From an uncultured Bacteroidales bacterium (lineage in GTDB: Bacteria; Bacteroidota; Bacteroidia; Bacteroidales; GCA-2748055): 64,000 nucleotides of DNA. Below are positions 40,668 to 50,078 of this stretch, one piece after another. Numbering within the stretch: position 1 is the first letter of the stretch; each line of letters starts with the position of its first letter. The translations under genes and the position numbers were made by a program. The notes under the pieces were generated by a model that did not search any database, was not told the origin of the DNA, and saw only the letters and a program-made list of their open reading frames with translations. The DNA is taken from contig CAWELH010000002.1 of the NCBI GenBank assembly GCA_963809925.1, positions 22,077 through 86,076 of the forward strand, in the 5' to 3' direction.

Positions 40668-41774
40668 ATGAAACCAACAGATATAAAATTTCCTAACAAT
40701 ATTCAAAGTGATTTTGTGAATGAACTCCGCAGGCAGGTTCGAAACTATTTCGAAGAGAATCACATATCGAAATACGGTAATCCACGTATGTTTGTAAAGA
40801 CAGTGTTTATGTTTTTACTTTTCTTTGTACCCTATTTTCTTATGTTGACACATGTTATTATCAATCCATCCCTGATGCTGGTAATGTGGATAATAATGGG
40901 ATTTGGAGTGTCGGGCATCGGACTTTCGGTTATGCACGATGCAAATCACAGGTCATATTCAAAGAATCAGAATGTAAACAGGGGACTTTCGCTGTCACTG
41001 AATTTCGTAGGAGGATTCTCCCCGACCTGGCAGTATCAGCACAACACTTTGCACCATGGATACACTAATATTGATGGTTTTGATGAAGACATTGACCCGG
41101 GTAAAATTCTGAGGTTATCTCCGGATAAACCATATTATAAAATTTACCGTTTTCAGCAGTTTTATGCCTGGTTTTTCTATGGACTAATGACGCTGACCTG
41201 GACCATTGACAAAGATTTCAGGCAATTATTCCGTTATAAAAGAGAGGGAGTGGAACTCAGCCAGAAAAGGTCATTTGGAAGGCTACTAACGGAGCTGATC
41301 GTGTCTAAGGTCCTTTACTATACATATATGTTGGTTATCCCAATCATTTTCCTCCCGATACCATGGTGGATGGTAGTTATCTTCTACTTCATCATGCATC
41401 TTGTGAGCGGTTTCATGCTTACAATAATTTTTCAGACCGCGCACGTCATGCCATCATCCGAATACCCTAATCCGGACAAAGGTGGATCGATGGAAAACAA
41501 TTGGGCAATTCATCAATTACTAACAACCACAGATTACGCCAGAGGTAACAGGTTATTTTCATGGTACGTAGGTGGCTTGAACTTTCAGATAGAGCATCAT
41601 TTATTTCCGAATATATGTCATGTGCACTATCACAAAATTTCTAAAATCGTGGAGGCAACTGCCAAAAAGTACAATATCCCCTATCATGTACAACCCGGTT
41701 TTTTAAGTGCGCTGAGGGAGCATTTCAAGATGTTGAGGATCCTTGGGAGACCTGTTCAGTTGCAGCAGGCATAG
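40668..41774 (+). CDS. Membrane fatty-acid desaturase
   Basis: It has three histidine boxes, 'HDANH', 'HNTLHH' and 'QIEHHLFP', with four TM helices between them. ATG 40668 is preferred over TTG 40629. Confidence 0.85.
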   Translation: MKPTDIKFPNNIQSDFVNELRRQVRNYFEENHISKYGNPRMFVKTVFMFLLFFVPYFLMLTHVIINPSLMLVMWIIMGFGVSGIGLSVMHDANHRSYSKNQNVNRGLSLSLNFVGGFSPTWQYQHNTLHHGYTNIDGFDEDIDPGKILRLSPDKPYYKIYRFQQFYAWFFYGLMTLTWTIDKDFRQLFRYKREGVELSQKRSFGRLLTELIVSKVLYYTYMLVIPIIFLPIPWWMVVIFYFIMHLVSGFMLTIIFQTAHVMPSSEYPNPDKGGSMENNWAIHQLLTTTDYARGNRLFSWYVGGLNFQIEHHLFPNICHVHYHKISKIVEATAKKYNIPYHVQPGFLSALREHFKMLRILGRPVQLQQA

Positions 41775-42230
41775 CACTCAACACATTCCGATAGTTAGTA
41801 TTCAGTAATCATTATTCCTCATTAGTGATCAGCGATCGTTTAGGATGTGAAAAACTGCTCACATAAGGATACTGTTGATTCATTATTGCAAATTCAATGT
41901 CATATTGAAACTATAGCTATCCAAAATTATAAAGGAGCGATAGGTCTTTTTGCCGCACTAATTCATCCGTTTATTTGTCAAAAATCAGGATCAACTATTT
42001 CAGTAGTTGATAACTTTTCATCAAAAAGCTGAAAATAGGACGCTGATATTTGGGGGGTGAAAACTATTAAGGGGCGGCGTGTTGGAAGGCGGGGGTGGGG
42101 CCCCTCTTAACACCAGACAATCTCGAAGGAACAAAGCCCCTTACTATGTTATTTGGTGATCCACCTACGCTGAAGCTACGGTGGACGCAGTTTGGTAAAT
42201 TGAAGAGTGAGCTATAGAACCTTATCCTAT

Positions 42231-43410
42231 CCATGGGCAAAACCATGGCTATTGTTGGTGAATGCCGCCGGCATGGAAGAAGCGTTTCTACAAACACCTC
42301 TCATCCTCTCCCCTTCACTATCCATGGGCAAAACCATGGCTATTGTTGGAGAATGCCTCCGGCATGGAAGAAGCGTTTCTACAAACACCTCTCATCCTCT
42401 CCCCTTCACTATCCATGGGCAAAACCATGGCTATTGTTGGAGAATGCCTCCGGCATGGAAGAGTCGTTTCTACAAACACCTCTCATCCTCTCCCCTTCAC
42501 TATCCATGGGCAAAACCATGGCTATTGTTGGTGAATGCCTCCGGCATGGAAGAAGCGTTTCTACAAACACCTCTCATCCTCTCCCCTTCACTATCCATGG
42601 GCAAAACCATGGCTATTGTTGGAGAATGCCTCCGGCATGGAAGAAGCGTTTCTACAAACACCTCTCATCCTCTCCCCTTCACTATCCATGGGCAAAACCA
42701 TGGCTATTGTTGGAGAATGCCTCCGGCATGGAAGAAGCGTTTCTACAAACACCTCTCATCCTCTCCCCTTCACTATCCATGGGCAAAACCATGGCTATTG
42801 TTGGAGAATGCCTCCGGCATGGAAGAAGCGTTTCTACAAACACCTCTCATCCTCTCCCCTTCACTATCCATGGGCAAAACCATGGCTATTGTTGGAGAAT
42901 GCCTCCGGCATGGAAGAAGCGTTTCTACAAACACCTCTCATCCTCTCCCCTTCACTATCCATGGGCAAAACCATGGCTATTGTTGGAGAATGCCTCCGGC
43001 ATGGAAGAAGCGTTTCTACAAACACCTCTCATCCTCTCCCCTTCACTATCCATGGGCAAAACCATGGCTATTGTTGGTGAATGCCTCCGGCATGGAAGAA
43101 GCGTTTCTACAAACACCTCTCATCCTCTCCCCTTCACTATCCATGGGCAAAACCATGGCTATTGTTGGAGAATGCCTCCGGCATGGAAGAAGCGTTTCTA
43201 CAAACACCTCTCACCCTCTCCCCTTCACTATCCATGGGCAAAACCATGGCTATTGTTGGTGAATGCCGCCGGCATGGAAGAGTCGTTTCTACAAACACCT
43301 CTCATCCTCTCCCCTTCACTATCCATGGGCAAAACCATGGCTATTGTTGGAGAATGCCTCCGGCATGGAAGAAGCGTTTCTACAAACACCTCTCATCCTC
43401 TCCCCTTCAC
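42231..43410 (+). repeat. Tandem array of thirteen 91-bp units (12 full units plus one 88-bp unit)
   Basis: CCATGG recurs at exact 91-bp spacing: 42231, 42322, 42413 ... 43323. The consensus is CCATGGGCAAAACCATGGCTATTGTTGGAGAATGCCTCCGGCATGGAAGAAGCGTTTCTACAAACACCTCTCATCCTCTCCCCTTCACTAT. Only four variable sites are seen (unit positions 29, 37, 51-52 and 74). Confidence 0.97.
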
Positions 43411-43482
43411 TTCCTAACCTCCTAACTTCCTAACTTCCTAACTTCATCACCTCATAACTCCATCACCTCATAACTCCAAAAC
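43411..43482 (+). repeat. Degenerate 8-bp microsatellite ([T/C]TC[C/A]T[A/C]AC, 9 units) directly abutting the 91-bp array
   Basis: The nine consecutive units read ttcctaac ctcctaac ttcctaac ttcctaac ttcatcac ctcataac tccatcac ctcataac tccaaaac. Confidence 0.9.
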
Positions 43483-43561
43483 TCCGCCCAGAAATTTCAA
43501 AAATTTTCATACCTTTATTTATCCAAACAACCATACTTCAAACATAATCAATTCAAACTAC

Positions 43562-44434
43562 ATGATGAGAACAATTCTGCTTACATCCCTTACACTTTTT
43601 CTTTTCAACGTGCTGCTGCCTGCACAGGAATATCGTCATCATGATGAAATTTTGCTTTGGCCCGGCGGTGCCCCGGGAAGCGTACAGGCTAACTGGCCGT
43701 GGGAAGGATACAAGGAGGAGTGGCAAATTGATTCTGCCAGTAACAAGGAGATGGTGATCTTTGTGACCGATCCGACCATTCAGGTCTTCCTTCCGCCAAT
43801 GGAAAAAAATACGGGCACAGCGGTCGTCGTTTGTCCCGGCGGTGGGTATAATATTGAAGTTATAGGAAAGGAAGGGTATGACATTGCAAAAATACTGAAT
43901 GAAATGGGTATCGCCGCTATCATTCTGAAATACAGACACTATGATATTTTTGCTGCGCGGGATGATGCCCAACGGGCCATCCGGTATACACGTTATCATG
44001 CAAAGGAATGGAATATCGACCCGGAAAAAATCGGCCTTGGCGGATTTTCAGCCGGAGGGCACTTGTCGCTTCATACAGCTGCCAGTCTGGAAGTTCCCTT
44101 GCCGAAAGGCTGGAAAGCAGATGACATCGATGCGGTCAGCAACCGTCCCGACTTCCTGATGCTGGGCTATCCCGGGACAAAGATGCCTAAAGGTGTAAAT
44201 TTTACAGAAAATATGCCGCCGGCTTTTATTGTTGTTTCGGGAGACGACGGAATGATGCCCTTGTCTTTCGACCTGTATCATTCGCTGAAGAATATGGGTG
44301 TACCTGCCGAATTGCACATCTTCCAGAAAGGTGGTCATGGTTTTGGTGCCGGAACACCGGAATGTAACTGCAGCAATTGGCTTGAAATATTCAGAAACTG
44401 GCTGCTAACCAATTCATTTATCAGCAATCCCTGA
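43562..44434 (+). CDS. Secreted alpha/beta-hydrolase esterase (acetyl-esterase-like)
   Basis: It has a signal peptide 'LLTSLTLFLFNVLLPAQ', 'VVCPGGGY', the nucleophile elbow 'GGFSAGGHL' and 'GGHGF' near the C-terminus. Confidence 0.75.
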   Translation: MMRTILLTSLTLFLFNVLLPAQEYRHHDEILLWPGGAPGSVQANWPWEGYKEEWQIDSASNKEMVIFVTDPTIQVFLPPMEKNTGTAVVVCPGGGYNIEVIGKEGYDIAKILNEMGIAAIILKYRHYDIFAARDDAQRAIRYTRYHAKEWNIDPEKIGLGGFSAGGHLSLHTAASLEVPLPKGWKADDIDAVSNRPDFLMLGYPGTKMPKGVNFTENMPPAFIVVSGDDGMMPLSFDLYHSLKNMGVPAELHIFQKGGHGFGAGTPECNCSNWLEIFRNWLLTNSFISNP

Positions 44435-44736
44435 AACAGATTCTAATCCTCCGATTACGATTCCAGGAAACCGGTTCTTAAACTTGAATAACAAATAGAT
44501 GGACTTCTCCTGTGAATTATCGTACCTTTTGGCTAACAAAACCATGTACAATTTTCATGGTGAAACTAACATTCTCAATACGGTAGACATCTTGTGAAAA
44601 ACAGGTAAATTCATACTCCTCGAAGTATACTATCCCTGGTTTATTTTAGCACCGACATATATTTTATTATCAGACATTTTAATGACCTGTCCATTAAGTT
44701 CAGGGGAAATCAAGCTTTCACTAAATGTAACTTATC

Positions 44737-47511
44737 ATGATTTCATGGCGCACATTTTTAGTTTTGGTTATACCAGGCTTCATCTGTCAAACACAGCTGA
44801 CAGCGCAAAGCACCGTCAGTCTGAGTGACTTCCACTTATTGTCATCCACGTTGACGCACGACGACGGGAACACCATCTCGCAGCCGGAATATGGTTCGGA
44901 CGTATACTGGTTTCCTGTAAAAATCCCTTCTACAGTTCTGTCAGCGCTGGTGAGTAACGGCATTTATCCGGATCCATATTCTGGTATGAATAATATGCTG
45001 ATCCCGGATGCATCAGACAGTTTCAATGTGCGTTACAATCTGGCGAAATACAGTTATCTCCCGGGTGAAGCCAATCCGTGGAAACAGCCTTATTGGTACC
45101 GGACAAATTTCAGGGTCCCGGCCGCAGATGAAGGAAAACATTTTGAGTTGATCTTCAAAGGTATAAACTACCGTGCTGCCGTTTGGCTTAACGGAGAACA
45201 GATTGCCGATTCATCGGAAATAGCCGGAATGTTTGGCGAGTTCTATCTTGATGTCAGCACTCAGATCAGGGCAGGCAAAGAAAACGGGCTGGCTGTAAAA
45301 ATATACCCTCTGGACTATCCAGGGTTACCCGCACAAGAACAACTTGAGGCTCTTGGCGATTTTTATGCCAACGGAGGTCCGACGGGCGATATCGGGAAAA
45401 ATGTGACCATGCTCTGTTCGGTTGGCTGGGACTGGATACCACCTGTCAGAGACCGCAACATGGGGATTTGGCAGCCCGTGTTATTACGTTCTACCGGACC
45501 TGTCACCATTGATCATCCGCATATAATTACTGCACTGCCCCAACTCCCTGATACCAGCCTTGCTGAGATCACCGTAGATGTACCTCTTACTAACCACAGT
45601 TTAAAAGTTATGGAGGGAACGCTGACAATACGGATAGAACCTGAAAATTTTAAGGGTGAGGGAATTTCCATTGCCAAAAGAGTGCGGATAAAGCCTGGTA
45701 TTACGCTGGTTTCAGGTTTCAACATCGATAATACCAAAGAACTGAAGATCAGGAATCCGCACCTTTGGTGGCCCGTTGGTTACGGCAATCAAGATCTGTA
45801 CACAATGCAGATCACATTCAGTGATGAGAAAGGAATCTCTGACAGGAACCAGACTGACTTTGGCATTAGAACTGTAAATACCCGTACTGTTGAAATAAGG
45901 GAATCACTTCGGAGAGATTTCTATGTAAATGGCAGAAGAATATTTCTGCTTGGGGGAGCCTGGGTGCCCGATATGATGTTGAACAGGGATTCAGCCAGAT
46001 ATGATCACGAACTTCAGCTTTGCCGGAATGCAAATCTTAACCTCCTAAGGATTTGGGGCGGAGGTATCACTCCTCCCGATGTCTTCTTCGACCTTGCAGA
46101 TAAATACGGTATGCTTGTCTGGTCGGATTTCTGGGTAACTGGTGATACTCAGGGTGAATTCAGGGGCGATCCCGGCTGGCCGTTGGAGGGAACTGTATTT
46201 ACCTCCAATGTTGTCAGCACGATCCTCCGACTTCGAAATCATCCCTCACTGTTGGTATGGACAGGTGGGAACGAAGGTCATGCCCGTAAAGAACTTTATG
46301 ATGCCATGAGAGACAACCTTGCCAGCCTGGATGGCACCAGACCATTCATCTCCTGCTCATCAGGGTATGCCCATCTCCCTGAAGGATGGAAGCGTTCATG
46401 GCCCGATGACCAAGCACCAGGTGTATATAGCAGCGGACCTTACTCATGGCAGGATCCATTAAAATATTATGAACTTTCAAACCATGCCAAAGACTGGGTT
46501 TTTAAGGATGAGACTGGCATTCCCTCTCAACCGCCTTACCGTATCATGCCCAAAATCATTCCCGATCTGGTATGGGATAAGAGTCTCCCCTTCCCTCTTA
46601 ACAATTCGTGGGGCTATCATGACGCGGCAACGGGAAACGGAAAATACGACCTGTATTATAAGGAGATGGTCAGACGATTCGGTGAGCAGACAAGTATGAA
46701 AAGTTTTTGTGATGCCATGCAAGTCATGAATGCCATGGGATACCAGGGAATTTTCGAGGCGGCTGAACATAAGTTGAATGAGGCTGGCGGTATTATGCTC
46801 TGGAAACTGAATGCCGCTTTTCCAAGTGTTGTATGGCAGATCTACGATTGGTTCCTGATGCCGAACGCAGGTTACTACTTTATACAGAACGCCTGCAAGC
46901 CGGTACACGTCCAGTTTAACCGCGATGATTCCACCGTTGTTGTCATAAATAGACCATACAATCAATTAAGATCGTTCGAAGTAACAGCTGATATTTACTC
47001 GGAAAAATCAAAACTTATTGGGCATAAGGAGGTGTCAGTAGATCTGAATGCATCGGAGATAAAAGAATGTTTTTCCCTTGCAGGAGTACTCAAGGATTCA
47101 GAAGAATTGACATTTATCTTATTGCGATTGAAAGACGCATCAGGGGCGCTTGTTTCAGCCAATACCTACTGGATTTCACGAGATGGTAATTTTAAGGGAA
47201 TGAAAGATATGCCTGTATCTGAACTGAAGGTTGGTGTGCTTGAGTATACCAGGGATGGGGCTGAGGCAACCTGCCGGTTACAATTCACAAATCCTGGGTT
47301 GTACCTTGCCTCTTTTATCAATCCGCAGGTACGTATTGCCGGTGAGGAAATACTGCCGTCCTACTGGTCCGACAATTATTTTACACTTAAACCCAAAGAA
47401 TCGGTAGTTGTCACAGTAAGGTTTCCGCTTGAATACTCTGCCATTGGAAAACCTGAACTCAGGATTGAGGGATGGAATGTCAAAATGGAAGATACCCTTC
47501 TTGAACCATAA
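44737..47511 (+). CDS. Glycoside hydrolase family 2 (beta-mannosidase / exo-beta-D-glucosaminidase-like)
   Basis: The protein is 924 aa with a signal peptide. 'FKGINYRAAVWLNGEQI', 'GWDWIPPVRDRNMGIW', 'NLNLLRIWGGG' and 'WTGGNEG' follow the GH2 sugar-binding, Ig and TIM-barrel order. Confidence 0.7.
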   Translation: MISWRTFLVLVIPGFICQTQLTAQSTVSLSDFHLLSSTLTHDDGNTISQPEYGSDVYWFPVKIPSTVLSALVSNGIYPDPYSGMNNMLIPDASDSFNVRYNLAKYSYLPGEANPWKQPYWYRTNFRVPAADEGKHFELIFKGINYRAAVWLNGEQIADSSEIAGMFGEFYLDVSTQIRAGKENGLAVKIYPLDYPGLPAQEQLEALGDFYANGGPTGDIGKNVTMLCSVGWDWIPPVRDRNMGIWQPVLLRSTGPVTIDHPHIITALPQLPDTSLAEITVDVPLTNHSLKVMEGTLTIRIEPENFKGEGISIAKRVRIKPGITLVSGFNIDNTKELKIRNPHLWWPVGYGNQDLYTMQITFSDEKGISDRNQTDFGIRTVNTRTVEIRESLRRDFYVNGRRIFLLGGAWVPDMMLNRDSARYDHELQLCRNANLNLLRIWGGGITPPDVFFDLADKYGMLVWSDFWVTGDTQGEFRGDPGWPLEGTVFTSNVVSTILRLRNHPSLLVWTGGNEGHARKELYDAMRDNLASLDGTRPFISCSSGYAHLPEGWKRSWPDDQAPGVYSSGPYSWQDPLKYYELSNHAKDWVFKDETGIPSQPPYRIMPKIIPDLVWDKSLPFPLNNSWGYHDAATGNGKYDLYYKEMVRRFGEQTSMKSFCDAMQVMNAMGYQGIFEAAEHKLNEAGGIMLWKLNAAFPSVVWQIYDWFLMPNAGYYFIQNACKPVHVQFNRDDSTVVVINRPYNQLRSFEVTADIYSEKSKLIGHKEVSVDLNASEIKECFSLAGVLKDSEELTFILLRLKDASGALVSANTYWISRDGNFKGMKDMPVSELKVGVLEYTRDGAEATCRLQFTNPGLYLASFINPQVRIAGEEILPSYWSDNYFTLKPKESVVVTVRFPLEYSAIGKPELRIEGWNVKMEDTLLEP

Positions 47512-47628
47512 CGAATTCGCCTATGCCGGAGTTTGACGCAGTGATCATTTGGAACTCAGCAGCTCCTGACCGAATACGTCACATCAATTTTCATGTTGAG
47601 TCCCTACATGGCATATGAAACGGGCCAT

Positions 47629-47656
47629 AAAAAAACTGCCCGGGTTCCCCGGGCAG
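47629..47656 (-). terminator. Rho-independent terminator of tRNA-Lys
   Basis: On the minus strand a CTGCCCGG(G)/(C)CCGGGCAG stem (8-9 bp) is followed immediately by T7. It lies 11 nt downstream of the tRNA 3' end. Confidence 0.8.
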
Positions 47657-47667
47657 CTAACTGACGG

Positions 47668-47740
47668 TCGGTCCAGAGGGATTCGAACCCTCGACCCCGA
47701 GATTAAGAGTCACGTGCTCTGCCAGCTGAGCTATGGACCG
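47668..47740 (-). tRNA. tRNA-Lys (anticodon CUU)
   Basis: I folded the 73-nt cloverleaf by hand: acceptor CGGTCCA/TGGACCG, D arm GCTC-AGCTGGCA-GAGC, anticodon arm CGTGA-CTCTTAA-TCTCG (one U-U mismatch), T arm GAGGG-TTCGAAT-CCCTC, discriminator A. CCA is not encoded. Confidence 0.9.
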
Positions 47741-47964
47741 AATTGCGAATGCAAAATAAATGAAAATTGCTGAACTCTGAAAGAATTCCCTTTTTAAAAT
47801 ATAAAGGAAGCGTATGCCCTTTTTGGCATGATCTGGTTTAAAGTACGTTGCGCGATTTTCTCTGCACCAAAATACCTCTGGGAAGGATTGTCTAACTGGT
47901 GATTTTTAAGAGAACGCAACGTGAAAGCGAATTTTTTCATCTCATACACAAGAAAAAACTGCCA

Positions 47965-48876
47965 ATGAAACCAATGCACGCTCTCATCTTAGGATTAATA
48001 TTCTTGATTCCGGCATGTGAAGAAGACAATTTTACATGGCCGAGATCCTCCGACGGGATATCTATCCGAATCGGTGAGAACACGACGTTCAATTCGTGGG
48101 ATATCGATTACTACGACTATTCAACTCATCTTGTATATCTAAAGGAGGGCCGTTCCTTTCCCGATAGTTTTAAGGGTAGTGATCGCTTTACGGTTTATGC
48201 AGGAGAGGAGGAGATATACAGTGGTACGCTTCTCCCCGGATATGCTTCATATCTTCCGGAAGGACCAGTTATCAGAGTACAACCTGCATTCTACCAGGAC
48301 TATATCATCTCGATCGGATTCATTGACAGAATCGATTCTTCCGGTAATTCACTCCCTGATCCACGGAGTGACGAAAGGATTGAGAGTGCATTGAAGAATC
48401 ATCATCAATATCTTGGCGGTTTGGAATGTGAAATTATTTCGATCAGGCAGGCGTCATCGGGTAAGCTGTCCCTTGATCTGAGACTCAGTAATCATGATGC
48501 CTTCGATTATTTATTCCTCGATCCTGAGAAGATGGGAAGTGATCTTTTTCATTATTTTACTAACGGCTTGTCTGTACGCAATATAAAGCAGCCATTGATT
48601 TACAGTCATCATATTCAGATAGCAGAGCCTGAACCCTGGAACTCCTGGAATGTCAAATGGCTCTCGCTGATACGAGGACATTCAACGGCCGATATTTCAC
48701 TTATCTATGACAGTTTTGATAAAATACCCCCAGGGAATTACATCGCCGATTATACATTCCCGGGTTTAAGCTACCAGGTCGGGCGGGAAGATCTTGTGCT
48801 GTCATCAAGAAGGAAAGAAGAAAGAATATGGTTGGGGATGATAAGCGCATCCAAAAATTTCATTATCAGACAATAA
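47965..48876 (+). CDS. Hypothetical lipoprotein
   Basis: I take ATG 47965 as the start ('MKPMHALILGLIFLIPACEE' is a lipobox signal). I recognise no other motif. Confidence 0.55.
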   Translation: MKPMHALILGLIFLIPACEEDNFTWPRSSDGISIRIGENTTFNSWDIDYYDYSTHLVYLKEGRSFPDSFKGSDRFTVYAGEEEIYSGTLLPGYASYLPEGPVIRVQPAFYQDYIISIGFIDRIDSSGNSLPDPRSDERIESALKNHHQYLGGLECEIISIRQASSGKLSLDLRLSNHDAFDYLFLDPEKMGSDLFHYFTNGLSVRNIKQPLIYSHHIQIAEPEPWNSWNVKWLSLIRGHSTADISLIYDSFDKIPPGNYIADYTFPGLSYQVGREDLVLSSRRKEERIWLGMISASKNFIIRQ

Positions 48877-48917
48877 ACGGGGACCAGGAAACAATTAAGT
48901 TGTCAAGGCATTCCTAC

Positions 48918-50066
48918 TTATACATCTTCCTGATCAATAGACGAATGAAGAAGTCGTCCGTCCATATCGTCACGGTCTGTCTCCGGTTCCAAAGGAAAAC
49001 TTACCGGTTTATGATCACGGTTTGAACGGTAAATGGCTGTGAAAAGCTCAACGGTCTTCCGCCCTGCCGTCCCGTTAATCAAAGGGTCCCGGTTTTCTTC
49101 CAACGCTTCGAGAAAATCCTGCAACTGGCATTGCATGTACCATGTATTCGGATCAATCGCACCAAAGGCTTTACTATCCGCATCGTTCCAAATCTTCATT
49201 TTATCCTCCTCGCCAGGGACTGTCCACAAATCGAGGATGGGGGGTTCTGAGATATTTGTCATGCCGGCGATAAACATGGCACCTCCGTCTGTCTGCACTC
49301 CGACTGACGCCCCATTCTCCCCATGAACGTGTACCTTACCATAAATTCCGGGTTTCTGCGAATTGCTTACGAGAAGGTTTCCAATGGCTCCATTCCTGAA
49401 CCTGATGATGGCAGCGGCTGTATCTTCCACTTCAATATACGGATGGTTGAGGTTTTTCCAGATACCATAGACTTCTTCGATTTCGCCCATGTACCAAAGG
49501 AGGATATCAATTTGATGAGGAGCCTGGTTGACCAGTATGCCTCCCCCCTCCCGTTTCCAGGAACCGCGCCAGGCATCAGAATCATAGTAGGCCTTATCTC
49601 TCCACCCAAGGATCGCGACTTCACCGAGAACGGGTTTACCCATCTTCGCCTGGTCAATGGCTTCCTTCACCCGCTGAACCGGTGGGCACCACCTCCGTTG
49701 TCCCACCACGCCAAGACGTACACCTGCCTGTTTACATCCATTTATAATATCATCGGCGTCTTCGAGTGTTGAAGCAAGGGGTTTTTCCACCAGGACCGAA
49801 GCGCCGGCACTGGCGGCTTCTAAGGCAGGTTGCTTATGAAAGGGATGAGGCGTGCAAATGATCACCAGGTCGATGTGATACCTCTGAACCATGGATGTGA
49901 TATCCTGACAAGGCTTGGCATTATACTTTTTAGCAAACTTTTCTGCCGTTTCGAGCGTCCTGCTTGATACGGCAGCAAGTTTGGCATTCGCCAGGTTTTG
50001 GATTGCTCCGGCATGCAAATGCGCTACTTTGCCGCAACCAACAATGGCAATATTATATGTCTTCAT
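48918..50066 (-). CDS. Gfo/Idh/MocA-family oxidoreductase
   Basis: 'IAIVGCGKVAHLH' is a Rossmann motif, 'VLVEKPLA' is the EKP motif, and the C-terminal domain fits the family. Confidence 0.8.
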   Translation of the reverse strand: MKTYNIAIVGCGKVAHLHAGAIQNLANAKLAAVSSRTLETAEKFAKKYNAKPCQDITSMVQRYHIDLVIICTPHPFHKQPALEAASAGASVLVEKPLASTLEDADDIINGCKQAGVRLGVVGQRRWCPPVQRVKEAIDQAKMGKPVLGEVAILGWRDKAYYDSDAWRGSWKREGGGILVNQAPHQIDILLWYMGEIEEVYGIWKNLNHPYIEVEDTAAAIIRFRNGAIGNLLVSNSQKPGIYGKVHVHGENGASVGVQTDGGAMFIAGMTNISEPPILDLWTVPGEEDKMKIWNDADSKAFGAIDPNTWYMQCQLQDFLEALEENRDPLINGTAGRKTVELFTAIYRSNRDHKPVSFPLEPETDRDDMDGRLLHSSIDQEDV

Positions 50067-50078
50067 GGAATGTAAATA

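Noticed and set aside
42231-43410. The 91-bp repeat array read as a CRISPR array.
   Set aside because: The units are contiguous with no unique spacers. The period is far longer than a CRISPR repeat, and no cas genes are in the window.
42207-43425. The five overlapping plus-strand ORFs in the track (42207..43262, 42233..43417, 42262..42534, 42535..43080, 43081..43425) treated as separate genes.
   Set aside because: They are the same 91-bp unit read in three rotating frames and cut by the TGA of the GGTGAATG variant. At most one of them could be real, and coding status is unproven. I therefore annotated the region as a repeat.
47668-47740. tRNA-Lys as the attachment site of an integrated element, with the repeat array and esterase/GH2 genes as cargo.
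   Set aside because: I noticed no integrase, excisionase or transposase ORF, no second copy of the tRNA 3' half anywhere in the window, and no obvious compositional break.
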